A DNA stretch of 64,000 nt from Octopus vulgaris. Taxonomy: Eukaryota. Shown piece by piece: positions 29,257 to 42,327 of this stretch; the stretch's first letter is position 1; each line of letters begins with the position of its first letter. The translations under genes and the position numbers were made by a program. The notes under the pieces are model-generated. The model worked only from the letters and a program-made list of their open reading frames with translations, did not search any database and had not been told where the DNA came from. The stretch lies in contig OX597815.1 of assembly GCA_951406725.2 (NCBI GenBank), forward strand, positions 169,260,001 to 169,324,000. The letters run 5' to 3'.

Positions 29257-29298
<42 letters not shown>

Positions 29299-29668
29299 AT
29301 GAAACTACAATGAAAAAAATATGAGTAAGATATTTTTTTTTAAATTTTTTTTTTTTAAATTTTTATCTAGTTTCAGCTCACGAGCTGTGGCCATGCTGGG
29401 GCACCGCCATTTATGATATGATATGAAATTTTTTTTTTGTGCAGGGGTTCTTTGAGACATGTCATTTTAAGGGTTACACAAGGGTAAAAAGGTTAAGAAA
29501 CACTGGTATAGAATGTAAAGAAAGAGGAAAATGCCCAAATAATCAAGATCTAGATATTTACAGAAATTTTTAAAATGGTAAAGTTTAAATTTCTAGTAAA
29601 CTTTAAAAACTGAAGAAATTTGTCTTCATACATATAATTTAGTCAACAGCCTTTATCATAATCATCAT

Positions 29669-29719
<51 letters not shown>

Positions 29720-30630
29720 TTTATATATATATATAGTGAACATAAAAAAAGCCCAAAAAACTGAATGTGTTTGAAAACAGACTGCTGGAAAGCAGAATAG
29801 TAAAAATGTGGGATATCAGATATATCTTTCATATTTTCCACCCCCATCCTCTTCAGGCAGCTAATACTAAATGGGGTATTTTTGTCACATGGAATGTAGA
29901 AAAGTCAGCAAATTCCTTAAAAAACGAATAAGTGGTATTATTAACATAATTTGTAGTGTTTGGTGTATGAATTATGCTGAAAATACACACGCATGCACGC
30001 AAACACACACACACACACAACAAAACAGCCAAAGAAGTGCTTCCTTTTAAAAGTACTAATGACTTATGAGACAATGTGAGGGTCTCTCAATGGTTGTTCA
30101 AGCTGCTAGAAATAGCAGTCAAATCTCCTTCAAATTACACCCTCAGCTTCAAAAAAGAGGACACTATGGATAATGTAGTCCCACATATACAGTGCCAGGG
30201 GAGAAAAAGAAATACACATACACACAGTGGATGGTCAATACTGGAATGTCTTTGTGGGTCTTTTTAATCAGAACTGACCTCAAAATTACTAAAAGTACTT
30301 GACAGGCATTTTATAATGCAAAAGAACTTGTTTGGCCACAGTTTAAGCCAAACAACAACTCCAAGTTCAAAAACATGATCAAAACATTCCAGCAATGGCA
30401 ATCCCATCTTTTCAAATATCTAAAAATACATTATGTAATGTGTCCTTCCTGTTTCTAACATGGTGGGATGTGATTTGCTGCTGTTTCCAGCATATCAACT
30501 GCCCACACAAAGGCTCTAGAGATGACTTTGTGTGCTGGGATTGTACAGACAGTACCCATGTACATTGTGCATGGAGTGACTGTGTGCATGTAGTACTGGA
30601 ATGTGTAATCAATGTGTATAGTATAATAGT
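27947..30630. repeat. ~2.68-kb near-perfect palindrome (inverted duplication, arms ~1.33 and ~1.35 kb, no spacer other than the self-complementary (AT)18)
   Basis: 27947-29277 is the reverse complement of 29278-30630. The ORF track shows the same peptides on opposite strands (28483+ vs 29853-; 27956- vs 30395+). Centre g29259-(AT)18-c29296. Confidence 0.97.
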
Positions 30631-30897
30631 GCACATGCTTTAAGCTTGTGGTGTGTATAAATATCTTTTGTATGTCGACTGTAATGTAAACTGTAAAGTT
30701 GTATATACATGTGTGTGCATGTGTGCATGCATGTATTATATGAATATAGTAAATAAACACAAACTAAGCTGTTTAGTTATTGGATCTTGTTGGCAATCAT
30801 TGAGAAATCTAATTTGAAAAATACTGTGCCAAAAGATATATTTTTAGGAAACCTCCTTGTCACATTTAAACTGAAGTTGGATATTAAGAGTTAAAAA

Positions 30898-31124
30898 GGC
30901 AGCGAGCTGGCAGAAACGCTAGCACGCCGGGCCAAATGCTTAGTGGTATTTTGTCTGCCGCTACATTCTGAGTTCAAATTCCGCCAAAGTTGACTTTGCC
31001 TTTCATCCTTTTGGGGTCGATAAATTAAGTACCAGTTACACACTGGGGATGTAATCGACTTAATCCCTTTGTCTGTCCTTGTTTGTCCTCTCTATGTTTA
31101 GCCCCTTGTGGGCAATAAAGAAAT
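30898..31124 (+). mobile_element. SINE type A, full length
   Basis: Same consensus; flanking direct repeat TAAGAGT(T/A)AAAAA. Confidence 0.9.
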
Positions 31125-31559
31125 AAGAGTAAAAAAATTTCATTTTTCACTTATAGTTCAATTTCAAATCTGTTTTACACTGATATTATCAATATGTTAA
31201 AAATAAAACAAAAAACTGGCACTCCTTCGGTTATGATGACGAGGGAGGGTTCTTTCTAGTTGGCCCAATCAATGGAACAGCCTGCTCATGAAATCATGAA
31301 ATTAAGGTGCAAGTGGCTGAGCACTCTACAGACATGTGTACCCTTATCGTAGTCCTCAGGGAGATTCAGCGTGACACAGAATGTGACAAGGCTGACCCTT
31401 TGAAATACATGTACTACTCATTTTTGCCAGCTTAGTGGAGTGGTGCAACGTGAAATAGTGTCTGGTTAAATGTGTTAAACAGAAAAGCAGTACACATATA
31501 GACAGAGAGTAGAGAATCATATCAAAATGTTTCCATATATATTTTTTTTTTTCCTTTTT

Positions 31560-31759
31560 TTTTTCTTTTACTTGTTTCAGTCATTTGACTGCGGCCATGC
31601 TGGAGCACAGCCTTTAGTCGAGCAAATCGACCCCGGGACTTATTCTTTGTAAGCCCAGTACTTATTCTATCGGTCTCTTTTGCCGAACCGCTAAGTGACG
31701 GGAACAGAAACACACCAGCATCGGTTGTCAAGGTATGCTAGGGGGACAAACATAGACAT

Positions 31760-31809
<50 letters not shown>

Positions 31810-32322
31810 CGACAGGCTTCTTTCAGTTTCCGTCTACCAAATCCACTCACAAGGCATTGGTCGGCCCGGGGCTATAGCAGAAGACACTTGCCCAAGATGC
31901 CACGCAGTGGGACTGAACCCAGAGCCATGTGGTTGGTTAGCAAGCTACTTACTACACAGCCACTCCTACGCCTATGTTCTATTCTTTTATTTGTTTCAGT
32001 CATTTGACTGCAGCCCTACTGGAGCACTGCCTTTAGTCGAACAAATCGATCCCAGGATTTATTCTTTGTAAGCCTAGTACTTATTCTATCAGTTTCTTTA
32101 GCTGAACTGCTAATTTACAGGGATGTAAACACACCAGCATCAGTTGTCAAACGATGGGGGTGGGGGGACAAACACACAAACATAATGGGCTTCTTTCAAT
32201 TTCTGTCTACCAAATCCACTCACAAGGCTTTGATTGGCCCAAGGTGCCACGTAGTGGGACTGAACCCAGGACCATGTGGTTGGTAAGCAAGCTACTTTCC
32301 ACAGAGCCGCTCCTGTGCCTAT
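31560..32322 (-). mobile_element. Two tandem SINE type B copies (about 31560-31975 and 31980-32322)
   Basis: Each is the reverse complement of the 10152 family; the second has an internal deletion. Confidence 0.88.
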
Positions 32323-32814
32323 CTGTACATTTATATATATATATATAAATGTATATATAAACACAGGAGTGACCACCTCCACAGGGTGTTATGTATACAA
32401 TGCCACCTTCGTTTATGACAAAAATATAAAACAAGAGTGTGGGCTGTAAACTGTATACTGCAACTGCTACCCCTACGCATACCATTTAACCAAATACCAT
32501 TACAATTATGTCATAAGTAAAATCGTGTCATCACTGAACATAGATGAATTATTTTAAACAACAGAAACAAATACAAGTTCACAATGACATATTCATAAAT
32601 AGTATATTGAGGAGGTGTATGTATATGTAGGCTGTTGTTATTGTTCTTTAATCCCAGCATATTCAGCTAGAATTGAGCAGATTTATGATGGAATGTGTTC
32701 CAGTAATGACCATCTCTTTTTTTTTAAAGGTATAACAAGACTACATTATCCAATGTGTCTTTCCTTTGTCAAGTTAGTATCCGAATATTTCTGAACTCAC
32801 ACCTTACAGTTTTG

Positions 32815-33116
32815 TGGAGGCACATGGCCTAGTGGTTAGAGTAGTGGACTTGCGGTTGAGGGATCACAGGTTCGAATCTCAGACCGGGCAATGTGTGTGT
32901 TTATGAGCGAAACACATAAGTTCCACGTGCCTCCGGCAGAAGGTAATGGCGAACTTCTGCTGACTCTTTCGACACAACTTTCTCTCACTCTTTCCTCCTG
33001 CATCTTGCAACACACCTGTGACAGACCGGCGTCCCGTCCAGGTGGGGAACCTATATGCCAAGGAAACCGGGAAACCGGCCCTTATGAGCCAGGTGTGGCT
33101 CAAGAAGGAACAAACA
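32815..33116 (+). mobile_element. tRNA-derived SINE type C (V-domain-like core) with TSD
   Basis: TGGCCTAGTGG (A box), GGTTCGAATCT (B box), CCTGTGACAGACCGGCGTCCCGTCCAGG. TSD ACCTTACAGTTTTG at 32801-32814 and 33117-33130. Confidence 0.9.
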
Positions 33117-33199
33117 ACCTTACAGTTTTGAGCAAAAGTTGGTTGCAACTTTTTGTTACTCTTTTTTTACTGATTGGTTTGGTTTTGAGACATAGATTG

Positions 33200-34860
<1,661 letters not shown>

Positions 34861-34914
34861 AAACTATAATGGGGTTCATGTGTATGTGTTTGTTCCCTGC
34901 ATACTATTTCTCAT

Positions 34915-35140
34915 TTCATTATTGCTCACAAGGGGCTAAACATAGAAGGGACAAACAAAGACAAAGGGATTAAGTGGATTACATTGACCCCAGTGCGTAA
35001 CTGGTATTTAATTTATCAACTCCGAAAGGATGAAAGGCAAAGTCGACCTCGGCGGAATTTGAACTCAGAACGTAATGGTAGATGAAATACCACTAAGCAT
35101 TTCGCCCGGCACGCTAACATTTCTGCCAGCTCACAGCCTT
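34915..35140 (-). mobile_element. SINE type A
   Basis: Reverse complement of the same consensus (GAAAGGATGAAAGGCAAAGTCGACCTCGGCGGAATTTGAACTCAGAAC). Confidence 0.9.
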
Positions 35141-35626
35141 TTGTTCCCTGCTTCCACTTAACAACAGGTGTTGGTTTCTTCATGTCTCTGTAACTTAGCA
35201 GTTCGGCAAAAAGAGAGCTATAGAATATGTACTAGGCTTGAAAAAAACAATTACTGGACCAACATCAAGGTTATGTCCACAATCAAATGACTGAAATAAA
35301 TAAAATATATATAAATGCGTGTCTGTCTGCCCATCCGTCTGTCCATCCATCCATCCATCCATTCATCATATAAAGCAATGATTATTTTTAATATGCTGTA
35401 AGCAGATTTTCCCTGTCTTGTTTGTCTGTGAATCAGTTATGACTAGTTGATGACACACATGTATTTTTAGATAATGATTTGGATTAATGGGAAATGATCC
35501 TCCAAAGAATATAGCATTATAGTCATTAATTATAATTTACTAATTTAGGCAACTGCATGTATGTGTATGTGTGTGTGTGTGTGTATTGTTTACAAGGAGA
35601 GTGGTCAGCATACTAGCTTTTGTTAC

Positions 35627-35670
35627 ACTGTTCGATAAAGGCTACCAAATTGAAACTTCGAAGTCACTGT
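35627..35670 (+). ncRNA. Third hammerhead-like motif of a different sequence family (U3-A8 core variant, palindromic helix III)
   Basis: ACTGT-TCGATAA-aggctaccaaatt-GAA-ACTTCGAAGT-C-ACTGT. Helix III is the perfect palindrome ACTTCGAAGT with a GUC cleavage triplet (after 35665). Helix II is weak and helix I pairs 4 of 5. AATAAA lies ~25 bp downstream. Confidence 0.5.
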
Positions 35671-35781
35671 CGCAACTCTTCTTGTAAAAATACAATAAAT
35701 ATGAACCCTGCAAAAAGTGTTGAGTAATCATTCAGTTGAATGTAAAATTGTTTTTATCATAACTTGGCATAAAAACAAACA

Positions 35782-35977
35782 ATATATATACACACATACA
35801 TAAATATACACATATATATATACATATACACATATATGCACATATATATATATATACACACATACATATATATACACATACATATACATACACATACATA
35901 TACATATATATACACATACATATATATACATACACATACATATACATATATATACACATACATACACACATATATAT

Positions 35978-36042
<65 letters not shown>
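35782..36042. repeat. Compound microsatellite; a second tract at 36278-36428 brackets the hairpin on the other side
   Basis: Directly visible. Confidence 0.95.
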
Positions 36043-36045
<3 letters not shown>

Positions 36046-36082
36046 CATGCTTTATTAAAAAGCAACAAACATATCATAATAA

Positions 36083-36124
36083 TTGTTACTCAGAGTTCCA
36101 CGTTCCCATTTGTTGGACTGTTTT
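36083..36124 (-). ncRNA. Second, more decayed hammerhead-like copy in inverted orientation
   Basis: Minus strand reads AAAACAGT-CCAACAA-ATG(GGAA)CGT-GGAA-CTCTGAG-TA-ACAA; it is the inverted counterpart of 36133-36176. Confidence 0.55.
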
Positions 36125-36132
36125 TCTAAACG

Positions 36133-36176
36133 AAACTGTCCAACGAACGGGAACGTGAAACTCTGAGTAACAGTTT
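36133..36176 (+). ncRNA. Minimal type-I hammerhead-ribozyme-like motif (Penelope-like-element type); core mutated at G5
   Basis: AAACTGT-CCAACGA-ACG(GGAA)CGT-GAAA-CTC(T)GAG-TA-ACAGTTT: helix I AAACUGU/ACAGUUU, helix II ACG/CGU, short helix III, GUA cleavage triplet (after 36169). Core CCAACGA versus consensus CUGANGA. Confidence 0.7.
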
Positions 36177-36275
36177 TTGTGATATTTTTGCTGCTTTTTA
36201 ATAAAGCATATTACTCTAACTCTGGTATTCGAGTACTATTTCTTCCAGCTTGTTTTGTATTTATGTGCTTACTAT

Positions 36276-36321
<46 letters not shown>

Positions 36322-37372
36322 CATATATATATACATACATATATATATACATACATATATATATACATACATATATATATACATACATATATATATACAT
36401 ACATACATACATACATACACACACACATAACAGTGCAAGAGAGAGAGAGAAAAGGAACCAAGATAGAGAAAAAGAAAAGAGAGAGAATGAGAGAAATACA
36501 GAGAGAGTGAAAATGTGGAAAAAGGAAGGAGGGAGACTTTATTTTTAATGATACTCTAGAAGAGAAATGGCAAGTTGAAATAAACATCTATGAATTGCTG
36601 ATTAATTAGAAATTATAGAATTAATTAGAAAAAATAATATAGAGCTTCCTTAGTCAGTTTGGAAATGGTATTCAGCTTATAATCTCATTAGAAATCAATG
36701 GTGAATTAAAATCCTAATACTATTGCATAGAAAGAAAAAGGGAAGTATATGTTTAGATACTTAAATGGGATCAGATACAGGGTGAATTAGTCATAGAGAA
36801 AGAAGGGATCTAGTTTCCTAATTTAACTACATCAGTTAGATTCAGCTTGAGATACTTCAAGATTCCCTTATCAGCTTGTACTTGTGTCATGTACGCTGTG
36901 ATGAATGAGACACACATGCCATTCCACCAACAGTATCCTAATATCCTAATTCATGGGTCAGTTTCCTGGTGGTTATTTTGAGAGGCTGGCAACTCTCATT
37001 ATCATAGACAGTACCCAGCAGACTGCAATTGTCTTTTTGCTGTTTTGTCGCTCAATTTCATTATACAGTATTAACCATTTCATTTCAATTATATATTTGC
37101 TATTCTTGTGAAAGCATACATCACCTGTTCATTTATAATAATAATAATAATTTCAAATTTTGGCACAGGCCAGCAATTTTTGGGATAGGGATGAATCAAT
37201 TACATTGACTCCAGTGTTCAATTGGTACTATTATATTGACCCTGAAAGGATGAAAAGCAAAGTAAAGCATGGCAGAATTTGAACTTAGAATTTAAAGATG
37301 GATGAAATGCTACTTAAGCATTTTGCCCAGCACAGTAATGCTTCTGTCAATGTGCTGCTTTGAATAATAATG

Positions 37373-37405
<33 letters not shown>

Positions 37406-38834
37406 GTAGTCTTTCAATCTGAGAAAATGTTTGTACAATTTCTTGTTGAACAACCTGCACATAAGCTCACTCCTTCCATCAAATTGATATTGTGTACAGG
37501 TGTACAATGTGCCACACACCTGATACTGAAGTGAATGCAGAGCAATGTGAGATGAAGTGTTTTGCTCAGGAACACAATGCACTGCCCAGTCTAGGATTTA
37601 AACCCGTGATTCCACAATCATGAGTGCAACACCCAAACCACTAGGCCACGTGCTCTGACACCTATTTATTTACTCTTTTCTAAAAAAATAGGATTAACCA
37701 TTTAGCATTTAAACTGGCCATATCTGGCTAAAATATTAAAACTGGCCAGATCTAGCCTCATACACCTGCCCTACAATGTCATTCTAGAAATAAGTAATCA
37801 CATCATCAAAATCTCAAAGCCACGGGATAATGTATGATAAATTCAAAACATTGTGAATAAATAAGCATTATACTTGACAAAATAATCTGAATACTAAAAG
37901 GTTAAACACCCAGGGAGGGATATTGCTGATAATCATTTGGAGCTCCATCTCTGATAAACACACACACACACACACTCACACACACACAGTACAGATATAT
38001 AATGATAACTGTGTGTAAAATAAATCATATATTGATAACTAAAAATAGCTATATGCAATGATTTTGTGAAAATTGAGCAAGTCACTGAATAAAAATTCCA
38101 AGTGAAGTTTTCTGTGATCTATAAAAAGTTATATATTTAGGAGATCTATAACCAGTAACAATTGAAATATATTAATTTGTGCAATATATATTACTAGGCT
38201 TTTTCAAGCTTCAATGAACCTAAATTGAAAAAAAAAAAAAAAAAATCACGAAAATTATATAATACACATTTATATGCATATATGTTCACATACACTCATC
38301 TATACAGATTTTCTGCCTATTTTTTTAGCAGCTGACAATTATATTTCATACTTGTTCTCAAAGAGTAGATATTACACAAAATTATTTGTGAAGTTCATAG
38401 CAACCAATTACATAATTCTTCAAAATTACCTTTAGAATGATGAAATCTCATAAAATTTTTGAACAAAAAAAATTAACTGAAAATATTGGTTTCAAATTTT
38501 GGCACGAGACTAGGAAGTTTGAGAGAAGGAGTAAGTCAATAACATCAACCCCAGTTCTCAACTGGTACATATTTTATTGACTCCAAAAGGATGAAAGGCA
38601 GGCAAAGTTGACCTGAGAACGTAAAGATAGACGAAGTACTGCTAAGCTAACATATCTGCCAGCTGGCTGCCTTAAATTAACTAAAGAATATCAATATATT
38701 CTTACATATAATATATTCTTCGCAATACTGAAGAAGGAAAATATATGCCTATTCAGTAAAGATGTAAAAGAAAGAAAAACAACTTCCTACAAATGATACA
38801 CATAAAATATAGTTATTTGCTTTATTTTACTTAC

Positions 38835-38892
38835 CCTTGTTCCAGGACTTAATTTGAAGCCAACTTCACTTATAAATATGACAGAACTTGAA
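38835..38892 (-). other. Candidate 58-bp exon (strong splice signals, coding status unclear)
   Basis: ccctttgctctacgcag|TTCAAG...GGAACAAGG|gtaagt. Only one open frame (SSSVIFISEVGFKLSPGTR), phase 2 in and phase 0 out. Confidence 0.25.
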
Positions 38893-39802
38893 CTGCGTAG
38901 AGCAAAGGGTTTGGTGTAATAATGTAAAAAGCCTAATTTAAATCAACAAACTGTATCACCATGAGTGTACCAGTGGAGTGTCAACTTTGATAGTAGAAAA
39001 GATAACTGAGACAATATTACTTATAACATCACTTTTTCAATATAAGCCGAAGAAAAAACAAACAAAAAACAGTACGGATTATCATATCAACATCAATCTG
39101 GCTATAATCTACTTGTTATTTAACAATATTTAGAGGGGATTACTCGACAAACTCATAATAGTTTCAAAATTGCAAGTAGCAAAGGCTAGAAGGAAGTAAG
39201 CTTCAACTGAGCTGAGTGTGTGACCCAGTTTTGCTTCCTTCATGCTGTAAGTGAGAAAGGCATGAATATTACCCAGTCCTGCTTCTCCTATATAACTAAA
39301 ACAAAAGCCTCATGCCTGAGAGGAAAATCAATCTGTTTGTAAGACCTCATTGATCAAACAGCAGAATTATGAATCAATTTGGCACTGGGCAATATATTTT
39401 GATAATTATTAAACACAGAGATTGATACCATTACAAGTTAAAATAGTGTTCGCTATGCAATGAACACAAGTTAATCTCATTCATGAATAAAATTATGTTT
39501 GGCTCATTAACTAATGAACTTTTATTAAAGTAATAATTACAAATTACCACTAGTATAAAAAAAAAATTTAACAATTAACGCAAATAAAATGGTGGTATCG
39601 ATCAATAATTAACAAAGAGAACAAGATGCAATATTCTCCATCAAAATTACTAAACAATTGGTTATCCTTATTTACATCATAGCTGAACATCAGGTCCTAT
39701 CAGATGTTATATTTTGGGAACTTCTGTACTCTAATAGCAGACAAAGGCCACTCAACTACATAAAATAGACATTATAGGTCTATAAAATTAACATGAAATT
39801 AA

Positions 39803-40019
39803 CCCTTTAGCTTTTAAAGCAGCCATATTTGGCCAAAATATTGTACCTGTTTTATGTTCAAACTGGCCAGTCCTGGCCCCTCACACCTTGCTGACAAAGT
39901 CATTGTAAAAATAAACAATCACATTAAAATCTTGAAGGCACAAGATTATACATGATTAATTCAAAACAATGTAAATAAATAAACATTGCATTTGACACAG
40001 CAATCTGTATGCTAAAGGG
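39803..40019. mobile_element. piggyBac-type MITE family (~215 bp); other copies at ~37698-37901 and inverted at ~48995-49210
   Basis: TTAA|CCCTTTAGC...GCTAAAGGG|TTAG; shared internal AAACTGGCCAG..CTCA.ACC....ACAA.GTCATT.TA.AAATAA..AATCACAT in all three copies. Confidence 0.8.
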
Positions 40020-42107
40020 TTAGGGAACTACCAAAACTAATGGAGAACAGAAATTCCTAGCACCATGTGTTGAAATGCATCTCATTTGTAAACACTTGAG
40101 AAGATCATCTGAACTAAACTTATTCCAACTAACTACAGAGTGCATGAAGGGGGTTACTATCAACATGTGAATACTTCTAACAGAACAATAAAGAGAATGA
40201 GTGGAATTCGATGCCCTGAAGTAATTTGAGATTACTGCAGGACAGCAATTCTCAGCATGAAAGATAGCCTTCATTTTCAGGTTAGAGGAAGAAATATGAA
40301 AAGAGTAGAAGGAAACAGAGAAGCAAATGGAATAAGATTTAAGAAGAGGTGGAAAGTAACCAACAAATTGAAGAGAATAGAGACCAGGGAAGATAGGAAG
40401 AGTGCACAGCATGAAAACAAAAAAATGACTGATCAATAATCAGACAAAGCTTTTTTCTCAATATGGCTGAAGATATTTGTCATCAGAAAGTAACTCTCCA
40501 CTGTGAAGAATATTTGGATTTTGTAGGCAAGAACTATTCAGGACTGAATTTCTTTTGATACCAACATAGCTAACACTACTTCTGGTCCTATGATATAAAA
40601 TTGTTTGTCTCGAAGTGTCATTATTTAAACTATCTATCATTACTTTTTGTAAGAACCTCAATTTGTTAAGCTATGTTCTAAACACAAGATTAATAGTGCT
40701 TTCTGATTTAGGCACAAGGCCTGCAGTTTGTCAACCCAAGTACTATTGACCCTGAAAGTATAAAAGGCAATGTTAACCTTAACAGGATTTGAACTCAGAA
40801 CATGGAGAGTTGGAAGAAATATCACAAGTATTTTCTCTGATGATTCTGCCATTTTACAAAATTTCTCTAAACGCTTGACTATTTTCAAAATTAAGTGAAA
40901 AATGTAGGTAATGGTTAAAAGATGGATATGTGATATAAGCTGCTGATATAAACAGTGGACAGAAAGTGGAATTTAAAAGATGAAGAGGAATGAATGAATG
41001 TAAGATCTACATAAGCGAACTAGAACTTCATACATATTTTGAAACCTTTGTTCATACTAACTCTTCTCATACACATGTGGTATTTAGTAACATTCACATT
41101 ATACACCAGACTTAACACAGCAAAATCATGACCACCATTCTTTTATCAGTCTACAAATGCTTCCTTTATTCCAACTATATTTCCTGCTATACATTATAAT
41201 ATTTAGCATTAACATCACACTTAATATAATTCTTTTTATAGAAAAAAAGTGATCCATCAAATAACAAAAAAAAAAAAGTGCAATGATTCTGACCAAGAAA
41301 AGCTCTTAAATATGACTTTTCCTTAAGTACAGCATAAGATACTTAAGTATCATCATCTAAGAATATTGTTCTACATCCTGTACGCCCACAATTTGTACAG
41401 TCATTACTTTTTAATTAGTCTTTTCCTTACATCCCGATCAAAGTGAGCTTCCAATACAGTTGCTCTGTGAAGGTCAAGCTGAAACAAATATCTCTACTTT
41501 TGCCATGTTCACCTTTAGTAAGATTCAAAACACATTTTATAAAATTCTTTTTTTAGCATCACTTCAACAATGAAAGCCAGATAATCTATACAATTTCTCA
41601 CTTTCAGGTTGAATTTCAACAATTACATTCCTAATACTCATGGGAAAGACACAAATGCCACAACTTATAAGGTATTATGTGTCTATGTCATCACCATCTT
41701 TTAATGCCTGTCTTTCATGCTGGTAGGGGTTTGACAGGATCCAATAGGTCAGGGGACCACAATGTGCTCCAATGTTTGCTTTGACATGATTTTTACAGCT
41801 GGATGCCCTTCCTAATGGCAACCACTTAATAGAATGCCCTGGGTACTTCTTGTGTCACCAGAACTAGTGAGGTTATCATGTAGCTTGCAAGACAAAGATC
41901 CCCTCCGACTGAATTGAAACTACAGTAGATGGGGAGGCAGCTTTATGCTAGGTGATGAGAAGTTAGAATATGAAAAAAAAGAGGCCAAAACAGGTTTCTT
42001 GTTTAGAGGAGATACATGGCTGGCTACATGCATTATACAAAAGAGGGTGGGAGTAATCAGTGGATTTGGAAATACAGATAATATATTTTAGCGATAATTA
42101 CAGACAA

Positions 42108-42327
42108 TCATCATCATTATCATCATTGTTTAACATCCGCTTTCCATGCTAGCATGGGTTGGACGATTTGACTGAGGACTGGCGAACCAAACGGCTGCAC
42201 CAGGCTCCAATCTTGATCTAGCAGAGTTTCTACAGCTGGATGCCCTTCCTAACGCCAACCACTCCGAGAGTGTAGTGGGTACTTTTACGTGTCACCGGCA
42301 TGAGAGCCAGTTAGGCGGTACTGGCAA
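42108..42327 (-). mobile_element. RTE 3'-tail fragment (well conserved copy)
   Basis: (CAT)n followed by GTTTAACATCCGCTTTCCATGCTAGCATGGGTTGGACG...CCACTCCGAGAGTGTAGTGGGT. Confidence 0.85.

Larger units (their letters stand above)
36047..36209. repeat. 163-bp imperfect inverted repeat, probably an inverted pseudo-LTR junction of a Penelope-like element
   Basis: ATGCTTTATTAAAAAGCA...GTTGGACTGTTTT pairs with AAACTGTCCAAC...TGCTTTTTAATAAAGCAT. Each arm carries a hammerhead-like motif followed by AATAAA. Confidence 0.85.

Noticed and set aside
29058-29505. Apparent MITE with perfect CAGTGTTTCTTAACC TIRs around the palindrome centre
   Set aside because: Symmetry extends ~1.1 kb beyond these ends, so the second 'TIR' is only the mirror image of a single hAT-like end.
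28483-30074. Duplicated 73-aa ORF MSHKSLVLLKG... on both strands
   Set aside because: A consequence of the palindrome; contains a (GT)n tract and has no homology or splice support.
32815-32890. tRNA-like sequence (also at 63781 and ~19137)
   Set aside because: A and B boxes are SINE heads followed by SINE body (with a TSD at the 32815 copy); no proper acceptor stem.
40020-40439. 138-aa (-) and 60-aa (+) ORFs
   Set aside because: Purine/pyrimidine-biased low-complexity sequence next to a MITE; no recognisable domain or splice structure.
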